Assembly (NCBI GenBank): GCA_963728565.1 | Contig: CAVSLC010000028.1 | Span: 64,001 to 128,000 of the forward strand | Reading direction: 5' to 3' | DNA from: an uncultured delta proteobacterium | GTDB lineage: Bacteria; Desulfobacterota; Binatia; UBA9968 | Length of the DNA: 64,000 bases | Shown here: positions 29,550 through 41,166 of the stretch, in pieces | Position numbering within the stretch: position 1 is the stretch's first letter | How the letters are laid out: each line of letters begins with the position of its first letter | The notes under the pieces: model-generated | Told to the model about the DNA's origin: nothing | Databases searched by the model: none | What the model saw: the letters and a program-made list of their open reading frames with translations, nothing else | Position numbers and translations under genes: made by a program

Positions 29550-30566
29550 TCAATTAGCGCGACCCAGCTCCTCGTCGACTATCTGGGAGATTGCTTCAAC
29601 AGACTGCACACCCGAAAGCTCACGGCCGTTTATGAAGAATGTTGGAGTTCCGGTTACGCCTAAACTAGTGCCCTCGTTCACATCCTTTTGAATCGCTTCT
29701 TTATACTTGCCGCTAGTCATACATTTATCGAATGAGTCCTGCTTTAACCCGAGATCCTTGGCGTAAAACTTCAAATCTTCTAGGAGCCGCGTTTGGTGAC
29801 GATGCATAAAGCTTGTCATGATACTCCCAGAACTTGTCCTCATCGTCCGCGCAGCGAGCCGCCTCCGCTGCCTGCCGGGCGTGCGGGTGGATCTGATCTA
29901 ACGGCAGATCCTTGTGAACTAGTCGAACCTTACCGTCATAGCGTTTAAGCACCTCCTTAAAATTTGGCTGAACCGCTTTACAATACGGACACTGAAAGTC
30001 CTCAAACTTTACAATCGTGACTTCCGCCTTTTCGGAACCCTTGGAGGGGGCGCCATTGAGAGATAAATCTACTCGTACGAGCTCTGGAGGCTTTAAATAA
30101 GTAGTCACCTCTTCCGTTGATACGCAGCGTTTTAAAATATTCGATTTTCCGCTCGGTGATTTTCTGCTCGTGCAAATATTTGCGCATCTGATCGCGAACC
30201 TTCTCGAATTCGACCGGAATCCGCTCTTTGTTCTTCTCGTACAAACCCCGCATCTCCTCTTCCGAAGGCGGCTTAACTGAACTGTTGACCTCCTGTTCCA
30301 ACAGAGTTGCCACAGACACGCCTCGCTTCTTCGCCTCTTGTGTTACCAGCATCGCTCCGATGTATTCGTCGAGTTTCTCCTTCTCTAACTGATATAGTTG
30401 TTGACGTAGGGCTCGGAGCTGCTTCCCGCCTGACTTATCGAGATCAACGCGCGTGACGATAGTTCCGTCGATCTCCGCGACAGTTTGCGAGTCTTTGCTT
30501 GGCTGACAACTAGATGACGGCCCAAAGTAATAAGGCAAGCAGAAATAAAACGGTAATTCTATGCAT
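29550..30566 (-). CDS. DsbA/thioredoxin-domain protein with helical N-terminal extension, several indels
   Basis: FEDFQCPYCK, FWEYHDKLY and GVTGTPTFFINGR spread over three ORF pieces. Confidence 0.85.
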
Positions 30567-30673
30567 GATGTAAAGTAGGAACGTGCGAAGTGGCACGGAT
30601 GCGGAACTGAACCACTCCCGTTTATCTATCGGGAGGTGAGAGTCTTGTTCAGTTTGAGGATTCAGTTCACGAG

Positions 30674-31693
30674 TTAATATCCCTTGCCGGGTTCCCGTAC
30701 TAGCCTATGGTTAAAGCATAGATTGCCATCGATAAACTCGTTGGCGTACTTCGGATCACAGACTACTTTAGCCGTGATAGTTTTCGGATTGCCAGTCTTG
30801 GAAACTGCCGTCGGGTAAATTTTAGCCCAGTTCGTTACCTTGGTAGGGTTGCTCGGGTCACAGTTCCCACCGCCGCCAATTACGGGCACAAGCCACCACC
30901 TATCTGGATGATCTTTCATAAAGAAATCTTCGGCTCTCCCTAATGCGCTATTTGCCTGGCCCCTATTTTGACAAATCGGTGTGCCGATCTCGATTGAACC
31001 TAGATTTGCCCCGCCACCCGAGCATTCCTCGGCGACCTTAAACAGTGCCTTGATATCCTTGGCACCCGATGAACAGTCCAGAAAAGTCGTCCAGCAGGAG
31101 TTTTCACTATTGGTATCATCCTTTTGGTCGGGGTGTTGCATCTTTATCTGGGTAGTTTTTTCTTCCCCCGTGGCCCCGCAGACGTTTGACCATAGCGCTA
31201 TGGGGATCGCGGGCTTAGCTGTTATGGTAGCCACTGCGCTGACGTTCACGTTCTGGGTCCCCGGTGTGCTCATTCCAAGGAGATTCATGAGCGGCGTTAA
31301 GAACATCGGCGTTGTAATGCCGTGCCCGCCCTCGCGTGCGACTCTGACGCCATTGGCCGTCGCGATCGGCTCATTGTAGCGCTCAACAGTATTGGTGGTG
31401 AAGCTGTAATAAACATAACTCACGTCGGTCGATTTGAGCGCGTCGGCACCGCTCGCCACATAATCATTGGTTGCATTAAACGCGACAGCGCGTGCACTGA
31501 CCTGATTCGGGTCTCGCGACGGCAGCGCAGATACGGCGGCCAGCGCGGCCGCGTCAACAGCCGATTGTCCTTGGTTCCGCGTATAGGTTAATTGACCTGT
31601 GTCCAAACCAAGCCCGACCATGACCATGAGAAGGACAATCATTAGCGTTACCAGTACGATGACGGATCCGCTTTCGTCTTTTATACGTTGCAT
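30674..31693 (-). CDS. tadG: TadG-like pilus assembly/adhesin protein
   Basis: ESGSVIVL..GLGLDTG..QSAVDAAALAA Tad N-terminus; Cys-rich C-terminus. Confidence 0.8.
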   Translation of the reverse strand: MQRIKDESGSVIVLVTLMIVLLMVMVGLGLDTGQLTYTRNQGQSAVDAAALAAVSALPSRDPNQVSARAVAFNATNDYVASGADALKSTDVSYVYYSFTTNTVERYNEPIATANGVRVAREGGHGITTPMFLTPLMNLLGMSTPGTQNVNVSAVATITAKPAIPIALWSNVCGATGEEKTTQIKMQHPDQKDDTNSENSCWTTFLDCSSGAKDIKALFKVAEECSGGGANLGSIEIGTPICQNRGQANSALGRAEDFFMKDHPDRWWLVPVIGGGGNCDPSNPTKVTNWAKIYPTAVSKTGNPKTITAKVVCDPKYANEFIDGNLCFNHRLVREPGKGY

Positions 31694-31714
31694 AAACTTC
31701 TCCAGATCACCGCG

Positions 31715-32209
31715 CTATGAATGTGTGCCAGTGGCTGTAATCGCCGTACACAGGCCCGTATTGGTAGTTGGCTGTAACTCGTACGACATTCTGGTCGTCC
31801 GCCTAATTGCAATCGGATCCGGAGGTGTGAAACCTATCAGCCCGATCAAGCGATAGAAGAAAAAGTTATAAGTTCCTTGAGCTTGCACCTCAACGAATTT
31901 CGCACAAGTCGCGGCTCCCGTCGCATAATACTTGACGGTCGCCTGCTTAGTTGCTGGCGAGCCCGTCACGAGACGCTCCGGCAGGTTATCGTAAACCTGA
32001 GTTGCCAAGTTCGTCGCCTTCGCATTGGTCATAAGATCGGTTGTTGAAGCTATTCGCGCAGCATCGCGCACTGCATTCTGAGTGATATGACCCGTGAAGA
32101 TTGAGATTCCAAAATCGACAGGAACATATAAAGCAACTAAGATTAACGGCGTCATCAGCGCGATTTCGACTATGCTCTGTCCTTTGCATTTGAATAGTAA
32201 TGAACGCAT
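31715..32209 (-). CDS. TadE/TadF-like pseudopilin
   Basis: KGQSIVEIAL..DFG..NAVRDAAR. Confidence 0.85.
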   Translation of the reverse strand: MRSLLFKCKGQSIVEIALMTPLILVALYVPVDFGISIFTGHITQNAVRDAARIASTTDLMTNAKATNLATQVYDNLPERLVTGSPATKQATVKYYATGAATCAKFVEVQAQGTYNFFFYRLIGLIGFTPPDPIAIRRTTRMSYELQPTTNTGLCTAITATGTHS

Positions 32210-32230
32210 ATGACCTCGGCCAAAACTAAG

Positions 32231-32752
32231 CTAGCATTGATGTTCCCAACGCATGGAGGTTTCTCGGGTAATCGATTGGGTATTTAAATCGGCCGTGACA
32301 CCCATCAGATGCAATAACTGGTAGAAAAAGAAATTGTACGTCCCCTCCACTCTAACTTGCACCAACTGGTTACAGCTGGGTCCGGAAAGAGGATCCACAG
32401 TAATGGTAGCCCCAGGTAGTAATGCACTGGAGAGTCGATTTGCAGTTTCCTTTAGAATAGTGCCGTCAGCTAACGAAAAGCAGGCCGGCAAAGTGCAATT
32501 GCCTACTTGAGTCGAATAGCCAGGATCGGCAGCACCGATTCTCGCCCCCTCGCGAGAGGCATTTGCCGCCAGCTGGCTGCTATAAAAAGCCAAACCGAAA
32601 TCAGCGGGAATCCAGGCGATCACTAGAAGCAGGACAAAAATTAGAGTGAATTCTACAACCGCTTGTCCCTTCATATTACGGGTGCAGAAAAGCGACAGCC
32701 TGCGAAATTGACCAAGCGTTCGACTTCGTTTTTGTACCTTGAAAAAGTCCAC
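32231..32752 (-). CDS. tadE: TadE-like pseudopilin
   Basis: KGQAVVEFTL..DFG..NASREGAR. Confidence 0.88.
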   Translation of the reverse strand: MDFFKVQKRSRTLGQFRRLSLFCTRNMKGQAVVEFTLIFVLLLVIAWIPADFGLAFYSSQLAANASREGARIGAADPGYSTQVGNCTLPACFSLADGTILKETANRLSSALLPGATITVDPLSGPSCNQLVQVRVEGTYNFFFYQLLHLMGVTADLNTQSITRETSMRWEHQC

Positions 32753-32756
32753 GCAA

Positions 32757-33155
32757 TTATCCTATTTCACTGAGCCTAGTGTCCCTTAGGTCATCTATCC
32801 CGGAGGTTTCCACCAGCGAAATTTCTAATTGATCACCGACCTCGGTGTGAGACTTCTTGATCGTACCGTTGGGTAGCTCAAGCACGCTATATCCCTTTAG
32901 CTGAATACCGCTGATTCGGTAAGGCACCATGCCTGAGGCGATTCCCAATACAAAATTATTTTTATCCAAGAAGACCACGTCGATGGGGAATTTCATCCCA
33001 ATGGTATGTATCCCCTTACTCGGCATCAGCCACAATGCTTCCTCTGGACCAAGAGTTGAGCGTTTGAGCAGCCCTACCAAGCGCGTGACAAAGTTATCTG
33101 CTTTTCTAATCTTCGTAGCCAGCCAGGTATTCTTGGTTAAATTTATTACCGGCAC
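32757..33155 (-). CDS. DUF192 domain protein
   Basis: ADNFVTRLVGLL, IHTIGMKFPIDVVFLD, VLELPNG. Confidence 0.88.
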   Translation of the reverse strand: MPVINLTKNTWLATKIRKADNFVTRLVGLLKRSTLGPEEALWLMPSKGIHTIGMKFPIDVVFLDKNNFVLGIASGMVPYRISGIQLKGYSVLELPNGTIKKSHTEVGDQLEISLVETSGIDDLRDTRLSEIG

Positions 33156-33159
33156 AGAC

Positions 33160-34089
33160 TTACCCCATCGGATCTGCTAACGCCTTCATGATTTGCAACC
33201 CTGCGGGTCCAAGTAAGATAATGAAAATCGCTGGAAGTATAAAAAACACCAGGGGAAAGATGAGTTTGATTACCGCCTTGCGCGCCGCTTCCTCGGCAGA
33301 TTGGCTGCGTTTGTCGCGCATGGTTTCGGCGTATATTCTTAGCGACCGCGCGATACTACCGCCGAGTTCTTCGGTTTGAGTCAGGAAAGTAACCAATCCG
33401 CGAATTTCATCTACCCCACACCGTTCAGCCAACCGGATCAACGCATCTTTGCGCCGGGCACCGGCTTGCATTTCCTGCGTTGCCAGCAACAGCTCTTCGC
33501 CGATAGCTAATTTTTGGCTATTTTGCTCGTTGCCAACCCGATTTAACGCGGCATCGACGCCCATACCGGCTTCAACGCAAACTACTATTAGGTCCAAGGT
33601 ATCCGGAAGCGCTTCGCGCATCGCGAGCACGCGAGACTTAGCTTTTCGAAATACCGTCAGATAAGGTAGCATATACCCGAGAGCCCCAGCGGCCCCGCCT
33701 AAGAGCAGCACATCCTGCATCGACGCATTCAATGAAAAGGACAAAAGCAGTCCCGTGAGGGCCAAAGCCAAGCCGAGAAAAATACGCAGGCCCCAGTAGA
33801 TCCGGATGGCACGGAATCCACGATACCCCGCCTGATGTAGTTGCACGCCTGCTTTTGAAAGCTGATCTGGTATCTCCTTGCTGCCGAAGAAGAAGTCGGC
33901 TACGCGCTCCCAAAAAGTTTCCTCCTCATTATCGTATAATCGAACAGGCGCGGTCGCGTTTCTTGGTCCAGAGATAGTTTCCAGCCGCCTTTGAATCATA
34001 TCCTCTGCTATAGGCGCTCTAGGCGCCAAAACCAGGTACATGATTGCGCCAACAACTCCAAATACTGCAATGGCAATTAGTGTTTCCAT
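33160..34089 (-). CDS. tadC: TadC (T2SS F family) inner membrane protein
   Basis: LPDTLDLIVVCVEAGMG, AEEAARKAVIKLIFPLVFFILP. Confidence 0.93.
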   Translation of the reverse strand: METLIAIAVFGVVGAIMYLVLAPRAPIAEDMIQRRLETISGPRNATAPVRLYDNEEETFWERVADFFFGSKEIPDQLSKAGVQLHQAGYRGFRAIRIYWGLRIFLGLALALTGLLLSFSLNASMQDVLLLGGAAGALGYMLPYLTVFRKAKSRVLAMREALPDTLDLIVVCVEAGMGVDAALNRVGNEQNSQKLAIGEELLLATQEMQAGARRKDALIRLAERCGVDEIRGLVTFLTQTEELGGSIARSLRIYAETMRDKRSQSAEEAARKAVIKLIFPLVFFILPAIFIILLGPAGLQIMKALADPMG

Positions 34090-34097
34090 AGGATCCG

Positions 34098-35072
34098 TCA
34101 GATATGAATTTTTATGAACTTGCGAAAGACAAAGATGCCGATAACCTCGAGAACCAACGCTGTTGCTAGCATTGCGCGACCTCCGGGATGTACTAACATT
34201 TCATTCATCATCACTGGCTCACGAATAAACATGAACACCGCCAAAAATGGAGGTATGGAACTTACCGTCCAGGCACTCATACGGTTTTGCGCCGTCAAGC
34301 TCTTGATCAATCGCTCAATGCGGAACCGATCGCGGATAATATTTGCCAATTTGGTCAGTAGTTCTGAGAGGCTGCCGCCGATCTCACGCTGAACAAGCAA
34401 TGCGGTATTGAACAGCCGAACCTCAGGGAGAGACATGCGTTGTTCAAATTTTCTCAATGCGTCGTTAAGAGGCAGTCCTAGGTTCACCTCCTCGATGAAA
34501 ACAGAAAATTCAGTGCCGATTGGATCCGGCATTTCTTTAGCCACATAAACCATTGCTTGCGTTAATCCCTGACCTGCCTGAAGACTTTGGCTAATCATCT
34601 CGAGCCCATCGGGCATTTGTTCGAGAAACTTACGTAGACGTTTCCAAATCACATATTTTAAATAGACTGACGGGATTACCAACGCGATACTTGCAAATAA
34701 CAGCGCCATCCAAGTTGGCTTTCCCACGATCATCAACATGAAGAACGTCACGAAACATGCTCCGCCCGAGCACAAGAGAAAAACACTGGGACTCATGTCA
34801 ACGTTGGCTCTTTCAAGATGCAAACCAATTTTCTGCACGAGCGGAATATTACAAAGGAGATTATTTAGCCAAGGATTATTGCTGTAGACCGGTGCTTTGA
34901 GGAGGCTTTGAAGCTCCGATCTTGAGGCATGCGTCATGTGACCGATGGTCGTGAGCCGGCGTTTGATCCTGGCTTGTGCAGTATCTTTGACTGCCATCGG
35001 TAGCATGAAAATTATAACAACCAGCGACATCGCTGATAGGAACACGAAGATAGCAATGAGGAATAAACTCAT
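34098..35072 (-). CDS. tadB: TadB inner membrane protein
   Basis: [33 protein letters not shown]. Confidence 0.93.
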   Translation of the reverse strand: MSLFLIAIFVFLSAMSLVVIIFMLPMAVKDTAQARIKRRLTTIGHMTHASRSELQSLLKAPVYSNNPWLNNLLCNIPLVQKIGLHLERANVDMSPSVFLLCSGGACFVTFFMLMIVGKPTWMALLFASIALVIPSVYLKYVIWKRLRKFLEQMPDGLEMISQSLQAGQGLTQAMVYVAKEMPDPIGTEFSVFIEEVNLGLPLNDALRKFEQRMSLPEVRLFNTALLVQREIGGSLSELLTKLANIIRDRFRIERLIKSLTAQNRMSAWTVSSIPPFLAVFMFIREPVMMNEMLVHPGGRAMLATALVLEVIGIFVFRKFIKIHI

Positions 35073-36469
35073 AGTCCTCTTTTCCTTGCTCCTAACGGAA
35101 CCGGCATGAAATGGGTATTAGGAATTCTAAACCCATGCCGTTCGAGCCGATCCATGAAGGAGGGCATCACTCCCGTAGCTACAAACTCTCCAATCACCTT
35201 GCCATTTTCCACACCGCGCTGGTCGAATTTGAAAATGGTTTGTGTGGTAATAGTCGAGCCTTCCATGCCCGTGACCTCGGCGAACTCGACCACTTTTCTG
35301 CTGCCATCGCTTAAACGCGTGAGCTGGACAATGACATCAAGCGCTGACGCCACTTGCTCGCGCAGAGCGCGTTCCGGGAGATTGATACCCGCCATAAGCA
35401 TCATCGTCTCCAAACGAGATAACGCATCGCGGGCGCTGTTCGCGTGAACGGTGCTTATGGATCCGTCATGACCCGTATTCATCGCTTGCATCATATCCAA
35501 GGCTTCGCCGCCACGGACCTCACCAATAACGATCCGATCCGGGCGCATACGGAGTGCGTTGCGGACTAGATCACGCGCCGTCACCGCGCCTTGTCCTTCA
35601 ATATTGGGCGGGCGAGTTTCGAGCCGCACGATGTGATCTTGCTGAAGCTTTAATTCAGCCGAATCTTCTATGGTAACTATTCGTTCGTTGTCAGGAATGA
35701 AATTAGAGAGGCAATTTAACAGCGTTGTTTTACCTGCGCCCGTGCCTCCCGATACGAGCATGTTCAACCGTGATTTGACACAAGCCGCCGCCACCTCGGC
35801 AATTTGGGGAGGAATCGAATTAAACTGAATCAGGTCATTCACGGTGAGACGTTCGACACCAAACCGCCGAATTGATAGTACCGGTCCGTCTAGAGCGAGC
35901 GGAGGGATGATCGCATTGACGCGCGACCCATCCGCGAGACGAGCATCGACCATCGGAGAGCTTTCGTCTACCCTTCTCCCCACTCGGGTAACAATTCTTT
36001 CGATGATCTGCATCAGATGGGAGTCGTCGCGGAATCTAACGTCAGTTTTCTCCAGCTTACCGTAACGTTCAACAAAGATTTGGCTCGAAGAGTTCACGAG
36101 TATGTCGGAGATCTCTGGATCCTTCATTAGGGTCTCTAGCGGGCCAAGACCGAAAACTTCATGTTGGACCTCCATCACCAGGCGGTCTCGATCCGCGCGA
36201 CTGACGGGGATAGCCTCAGCCGCAACCATATCTTCCAATATACGGCGTATTTCGACCCTCACCCGCTCCATTTCCAAGTTTGAGAGCTTGGTTAGGTCGA
36301 GAGTGTCAATCAGCCTGCGGTGGATACGAAGCCGAAGATCTTGAAAAATGGCTTCACTATTTCCAGGCTGCATCGACCTCATCGGCACGCGCAGATTATC
36401 GAAGCCCGCACCTTTATCGTTGTCCCACTTGTCTTTGTTGCTATCTACTGGAGATGGGTTTTTCATCAT
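35069..36469 (-). CDS. tadA: TadA/CpaF pilus assembly ATPase
   Basis: [41 protein letters not shown]. Confidence 0.96.
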   Translation of the reverse strand: MMKNPSPVDSNKDKWDNDKGAGFDNLRVPMRSMQPGNSEAIFQDLRLRIHRRLIDTLDLTKLSNLEMERVRVEIRRILEDMVAAEAIPVSRADRDRLVMEVQHEVFGLGPLETLMKDPEISDILVNSSSQIFVERYGKLEKTDVRFRDDSHLMQIIERIVTRVGRRVDESSPMVDARLADGSRVNAIIPPLALDGPVLSIRRFGVERLTVNDLIQFNSIPPQIAEVAAACVKSRLNMLVSGGTGAGKTTLLNCLSNFIPDNERIVTIEDSAELKLQQDHIVRLETRPPNIEGQGAVTARDLVRNALRMRPDRIVIGEVRGGEALDMMQAMNTGHDGSISTVHANSARDALSRLETMMLMAGINLPERALREQVASALDVIVQLTRLSDGSRKVVEFAEVTGMEGSTITTQTIFKFDQRGVENGKVIGEFVATGVMPSFMDRLERHGFRIPNTHFMPVPLGARKRGL

Positions 36470-36479
36470 TATCCTTTAA

Positions 36480-37694
36480 TCACTTGAGCAATCCTCGCAC
36501 TGGCATCCAACGATCAAGTAACCCAACCCTTTTTTCATCCGCCTCACGCCGGCTAGCGACAGCCGTGGAGAACGACTCGACCACTGCCTCAGCAAGCCCC
36601 GAATAGCTTCTAGCAATATCGGATCTGGGATCACAGTCCTGTATCGATAATCCCTGATTTACCGCGGCGATCGCTGTCGGATAATTGTTCGGTAAAGTCC
36701 AAAATACCTTCGCTCCCAAAGCTTTCTCCGCGGATTCAAGACTCATAAGCTTGCTCTTGATAAATCGGTTTAATACCAAGCGAATCTTCTTTTCGTAGAT
36801 TCCCATTCTGCTAAAGAGTTCAAACGCCCGGTGGGCGCTTTTCAAGGAGGGAACGTCCATTTCGGTGACAAACAAGATCATGTTGGCTTTGTCTAAGACG
36901 AGCGCGAGACTTTCATCGAATTCCTTGGGGGTATCAACCACGACAAAATCGAAAGATTGCGACAGAACCTCCAATATCTCCTCAATATCAGCCGGTGTAA
37001 TGCGCCTGGCATCTTCGGCGTAAAAAGGCTCGGCCAATATCCGAATGCCTGATGCGTGTTTGACCAAAGAACCGTCAAGAAACATTGGATCGATTTTTTT
37101 TAGGTTCTTTACCAGATCCAGGATCGTGTACGAAGCTTCAAGATTCAAAAAACTAGTCACCGATCCAAACTGTAAGACTAAGTCCACCAAACACACCGAC
37201 TTCTTATGAGCCACCAAGCAGGCCGCAAGATTGGTTGCCACAGTTGTTGATCCAACACCGCCTTTATTTGACGAGACAACAACTATTTGGCCCCTCTCTA
37301 CTGTCCGCGCCGTATGCACATCTACTTTATTTCTAATGGCCTCTAACGATTTAATAACTTCTGGCCAGTCAAACGGCTGTGTGAAAAACTCTTCTGCCCC
37401 CGATCGCATTGCACGCAGTATTTCATTTGGATTATGCGACGGGGATGTCATAACTAAGCGCACGTGCGGAAGTTTCGATTTCAATTCCGCCGCAACGGCA
37501 TACGCGGTGTCGGGATCACGGCTCAGATCCATCACTGCAATTACAGGCCCGGTATAGCCCCGCAAACGTTCCAACGCATCGCCATGAGGGCAGACTCTAG
37601 ACTCTACGGCGTACGCCGCCTGCCTTTCTAGCTGTTGCTTGAGCGCGGCGAGCGTTTTGTTATCGTCTCCTATCAGACAAATCGGTAGCTTCAT
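36480..37694 (-). CDS. cpaE: TadZ/CpaE (receiver-like + MinD-like ATPase)
   Basis: AMRSGAEEF, KGGVGSTTVATNLA, DLVLQFG. Confidence 0.92.
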   Translation of the reverse strand: MKLPICLIGDDNKTLAALKQQLERQAAYAVESRVCPHGDALERLRGYTGPVIAVMDLSRDPDTAYAVAAELKSKLPHVRLVMTSPSHNPNEILRAMRSGAEEFFTQPFDWPEVIKSLEAIRNKVDVHTARTVERGQIVVVSSNKGGVGSTTVATNLAACLVAHKKSVCLVDLVLQFGSVTSFLNLEASYTILDLVKNLKKIDPMFLDGSLVKHASGIRILAEPFYAEDARRITPADIEEILEVLSQSFDFVVVDTPKEFDESLALVLDKANMILFVTEMDVPSLKSAHRAFELFSRMGIYEKKIRLVLNRFIKSKLMSLESAEKALGAKVFWTLPNNYPTAIAAVNQGLSIQDCDPRSDIARSYSGLAEAVVESFSTAVASRREADEKRVGLLDRWMPVRGLLK

Positions 37695-37774
37695 GTTGTT
37701 CGTATTGCGCTCGCTTATCGCCGCCGTTTCCTTTTGTTCAAAATCTTTATATGAGCAGCCGTAACTTTTTGCTA

Positions 37775-39303
37775 TTAAGGGATGCTCGCGCCCGGCCTGA
37801 TGGCTTTGGACCGTTCTGCACCGCCGGGAATTGGAACTTGTCGAATGTCAGGGTCGTCATACTTTTCGATCGAGGGAAGTTGCGGCTTCTCACCGGGTCT
37901 CATCGCACGAACAATTCGAGGCGTAATCACGAAAACCAATTCAGATTCTGAGTTTCTAAATCGCGTGCTTCGAAAAAGAGCTCCGAGAATGGGGATATCC
38001 CCGAGAAGAGGAAATTTGCTAATATCTTTGAGAATCCTGCGGTCTAGTAACCCTCCAATGACCAGGCTTTCTCCTTCCTTTAACTCCACTCGGTTAACTG
38101 TCCGTCGAACCTTCAGTCCGGGAACTCCGCCAACCGAGACACTCTGGTCGATCTCGCTGACCTCGGGAAACACTCGCAGATCGATTCGATCCGACCATGT
38201 CAGTGTTGGCACGAAGTCGAGTCTCACACCAAAGGGCTTAAATTCGACCTCAAAAGTATCGCTTGAGACACCGACCACCGGAAATTCACCGCCCGCCAGA
38301 AACCCTCCCGTACGGCCATTCTTCATGACCATTCTTGGTTGGGCAAGAATCTCAGTAACATTCTTGTTCTGCAGCAGACGATAGAGGGCAGTAAGAGAGT
38401 AAGAGCCGTTAAAGTATTCAAATATTCCAGAGGTGGCAGCACCGAATAATAAGTTAGTGCCCTCTGCGCTATCAAAGAGATCCGAACCGAATCCCGATTG
38501 AGAACCTAGACGGGTTAAGGAAGAAGTATGTTGTGTGTTTTGCAGGAAGTCGAAGCCAATCTCCCTTTCAGCTTACCCGTCGCTACTTCTGCAACAATCA
38601 CATCAAGCTCGATTTGCCTAACCTCTTTAATTACAAGCAAATCAATGACTCCGGCGATGCTCCGCTTGTCACCCCATCTGTTCACGTCATCTAGGGAAGA
38701 TTCTTCATCAAATGCAATCTGCCCACCGCCGGCAATGCCGAATCCAGTGACGTTAGGACGATTTTGCCGCCCGCCACGGACATTAATATTGTTTGTTGTT
38801 CCTGCCGGAGCCACAACGGCCGGTGGCTTAGGTGGGAGGTACGTCTGCACAATTTCCAAGACCTTGTCGTATATAACCTCATTGGAGACTTCACCCCTGA
38901 GGAGAACGGCGGGCCCTGAGGTCGAAATCTCAACCTTCTCATTGGGAAGGACTACCCGAAGCTGGCTTCGTAAAGCGATAACGTCCGGCACAACAATCAA
39001 ATCGTAATTGGCAACTTCACCTTTCTCGTCGAATACGATCAACGACGTGGTACCGACTGCCTTTCCGTTAATCAGGAGTTGGCTGGGAGCGACAACAATT
39101 ACGTCGGCCACCGCCGGCTGCGAAACCGAGACCCGCTTGGCTCTCTCAGCCAAGCGAAAGACCATCGATTTATTAACTGTGACTGAAATCGTCGGCGCTA
39201 CCTGCTGCTGAGCGGCGCCTTCGAATAAAGGTACAATTAACAAAGCAATAAGCGCTACCCTGAACCTGCCAGATCGCCGCCAAAGTGAAGCAATATATCC
39301 CAT
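37775..39303 (-). CDS. rcpA: RcpA/CpaC secretin, two apparent indels (near 38400 and 38567)
   Basis: RVSVSQPAVADV..GTTSLIV; QIELDVIVAEV; FLAGGEFP..KPFGVRLDFVP; FPLLGDIPILGALFRS. Confidence 0.9.
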
Positions 39304-39320
39304 GAGCCGTTCCCTTCCTG

Positions 39321-40160
39321 CTAGAATTCCACTACGTTTCTGTTGGTGCCGTGAATTACCTCGACCTTATACTTGTCGGATCCCTGTTGGACCACGGAAC
39401 GCGCTCGCGCGGCTCCTACTGTCTTTCGGACACCTAAAGCCAACAAATCGTTTTTGTTACTTCCGATGGTTTTTGGTTCGGACTCGTCGCCCACTCCTCT
39501 GAGTGCCAAGACAATAGGTCCTTCCTGATAGGCCAGTGAGAGTTTTTCAGCTTCTTCAGGACTCACCTCGAGAGTAATCGACCGCGCCACCTGCGGCTTA
39601 CCGTCTTTCTGCTCGGTGCTTTGTGCAACGGAGAGGACGCGCTTATTCTGAAGAACAATTTTTGAAAGTCTCGCATCCTTATTATCAGCTGTTCCAGGAG
39701 GTGTCGTCGTAACGATGACATCCACACGGTCATCCGGCACAATAAAACCGCTCACCCCGATGATTTCATCGACTCGAACGGCCATCGCTCGCTTACCCGG
39801 CTCCAAACGGACAGTCAATCCGGCACCCTCACCGGATAATCGAGATTCCAGAATCGGCTCATTGGCCATAATTTTTACTCGATTGACCTTTCCGATCACC
39901 TCTTTGGGAGTTCCAAACGCGCCGGCCGGGACCGAAGCCTTCGGCCACTTGATGGCTCGCACTGTGCCGTCCTTCAACATTGCCTCAGCGATTGTGCTCC
40001 CTGCTGGGATATCTTTCGCCGCGATCACAACGTCCTGCGTTTGAGTTCGGAGCGCCTCAGCCGCCTGCCGCTGTTGGCGCAAGAAGTTAAATATTCCATA
40101 TGCGGCAATGAGTCCGAAAAACACAGCCACCACTAGCGCAATTTTGAGCCTATTTTGCAT
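39321..40160 (-). CDS. cpaB: RcpC/CpaB Flp pilus assembly protein
   Basis: SAF domain, GKRAMAVRVD..GFIVPDDRVDVI, TLEVSPEEAEKL. Confidence 0.93.
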   Translation of the reverse strand: MQNRLKIALVVAVFFGLIAAYGIFNFLRQQRQAAEALRTQTQDVVIAAKDIPAGSTIAEAMLKDGTVRAIKWPKASVPAGAFGTPKEVIGKVNRVKIMANEPILESRLSGEGAGLTVRLEPGKRAMAVRVDEIIGVSGFIVPDDRVDVIVTTTPPGTADNKDARLSKIVLQNKRVLSVAQSTEQKDGKPQVARSITLEVSPEEAEKLSLAYQEGPIVLALRGVGDESEPKTIGSNKNDLLALGVRKTVGAARARSVVQQGSDKYKVEVIHGTNRNVVEF

Positions 40161-40242
40161 ACAGTTTCCTTTTTTGTGAGGTTAAAATTTCTCGTTTCAA
40201 GGAGAACTCTTACCGTTAGCTCCGCAATTTACTTGGTTAGTA

Positions 40243-40779
40243 CTAAAAGCCCGCCCACGTCCCCGCCGGGTCGAGATAATATGCCATTATTGTACCAGCA
40301 CCGATTGCGACACCCCACGGCACCGAGTACCGACCGGAGTTGACGGCAGTACTATTCAGGAGGCCGATTCGCAAAGACAAAAACGTAAACTTACAATCGT
40401 TCCAAAAATGCTTGAAAGAGATTTGCCGGACCTGGCCCAAAGCCATAGCTATTAAAGCTATAACGCCAGCAACAATGCACGAATAGAAGAAGATCCGTGG
40501 CAGTGTTTTGTAACCTAAAAGAGCGCCGACAGCGGCAAAGAATTTAACGTCGCCGGCTCCCATCCATCCGAGGGCAAAGGGAATCATCAAAGCGAAAATA
40601 CCAGCGACAAATCCGGTGACACTAAAAATGAATTGCGTGCTACTCTGGAATGCTCCGAGAAGGAGCCCAACGATAAGCGAGAACAGAATTATCCAGTTCG
40701 GGATTCGTCGCTCTTTAATGTCAAAAAATGCTGCGCCACCGATGAGGGCAAACAATGTAAAATCTAGAACTAAATCCAT
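40243..40779 (-). CDS. cpaA: TadV/CpaA prepilin peptidase (A24)
   Basis: FDIKERRIPN, MGAGDVKF, VPWGVAI. Confidence 0.93.
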   Translation of the reverse strand: MDLVLDFTLFALIGGAAFFDIKERRIPNWIILFSLIVGLLLGAFQSSTQFIFSVTGFVAGIFALMIPFALGWMGAGDVKFFAAVGALLGYKTLPRIFFYSCIVAGVIALIAMALGQVRQISFKHFWNDCKFTFLSLRIGLLNSTAVNSGRYSVPWGVAIGAGTIMAYYLDPAGTWAGF

Positions 40780-40835
40780 GGCGATCTTTAAAGAGAACTA
40801 ATAAGGATGCGATTTGCGGGGTTATATTCGCAAAC

Positions 40836-40877
40836 GTGAGCTTGGGATGGAAAAGGCTCTTTCCACCCCAAGCTCAC
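40836..40877 (-). terminator. Long hairpin between flp and cpaA (terminator or stabiliser)
   Basis: GTGAGCTTGGG-ATGGAAA...TTTCCACCCCAAGCTCAC, about 17-bp stem just after the pilin stop. Confidence 0.7.
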
Positions 40878-40897
40878 ACTGAAACAGCGATTCGATA

Positions 40898-41092
40898 TTA
40901 TGATCCGCCGCAAGCTGTGGGCGTTGCGAGACAGTCCGAAACATCGCCCCACGAAGCCGTAAGCTGGTTGCCGATGTTCGTTCCCTTTACGGCAACCCAG
41001 AAAACCAATGCTACCAAAAGAACGATTAAGGTGTATTCGACCAAACCTTGACCTTCCTCTTCGACGACTAATCGTTTAAACAAGTTTATCAT
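40898..41092 (-). CDS. flp: Flp family type IVc pilin
   Basis: EEEG|QGLVEY cleavage motif then hydrophobic helix; GGGGGTG RBS. Confidence 0.93.
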   Translation of the reverse strand: MINLFKRLVVEEEGQGLVEYTLIVLLVALVFWVAVKGTNIGNQLTASWGDVSDCLATPTACGGS

Positions 41093-41149
41093 TATTATTC
41101 ACCCCCTTCCTTTTTAGTATCGTAGTAATCGAAACTGTAACCGCGATGG

Positions 41150-41166
41150 AGCAGAGTTCATGCCAG
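41150..41166 (-). promoter_or_regulatory. Putative sigma54 promoter of the flp/tad operon
   Basis: Minus strand CTGGCATGAACTCTGCT, GG-N10-GC. Confidence 0.7.
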
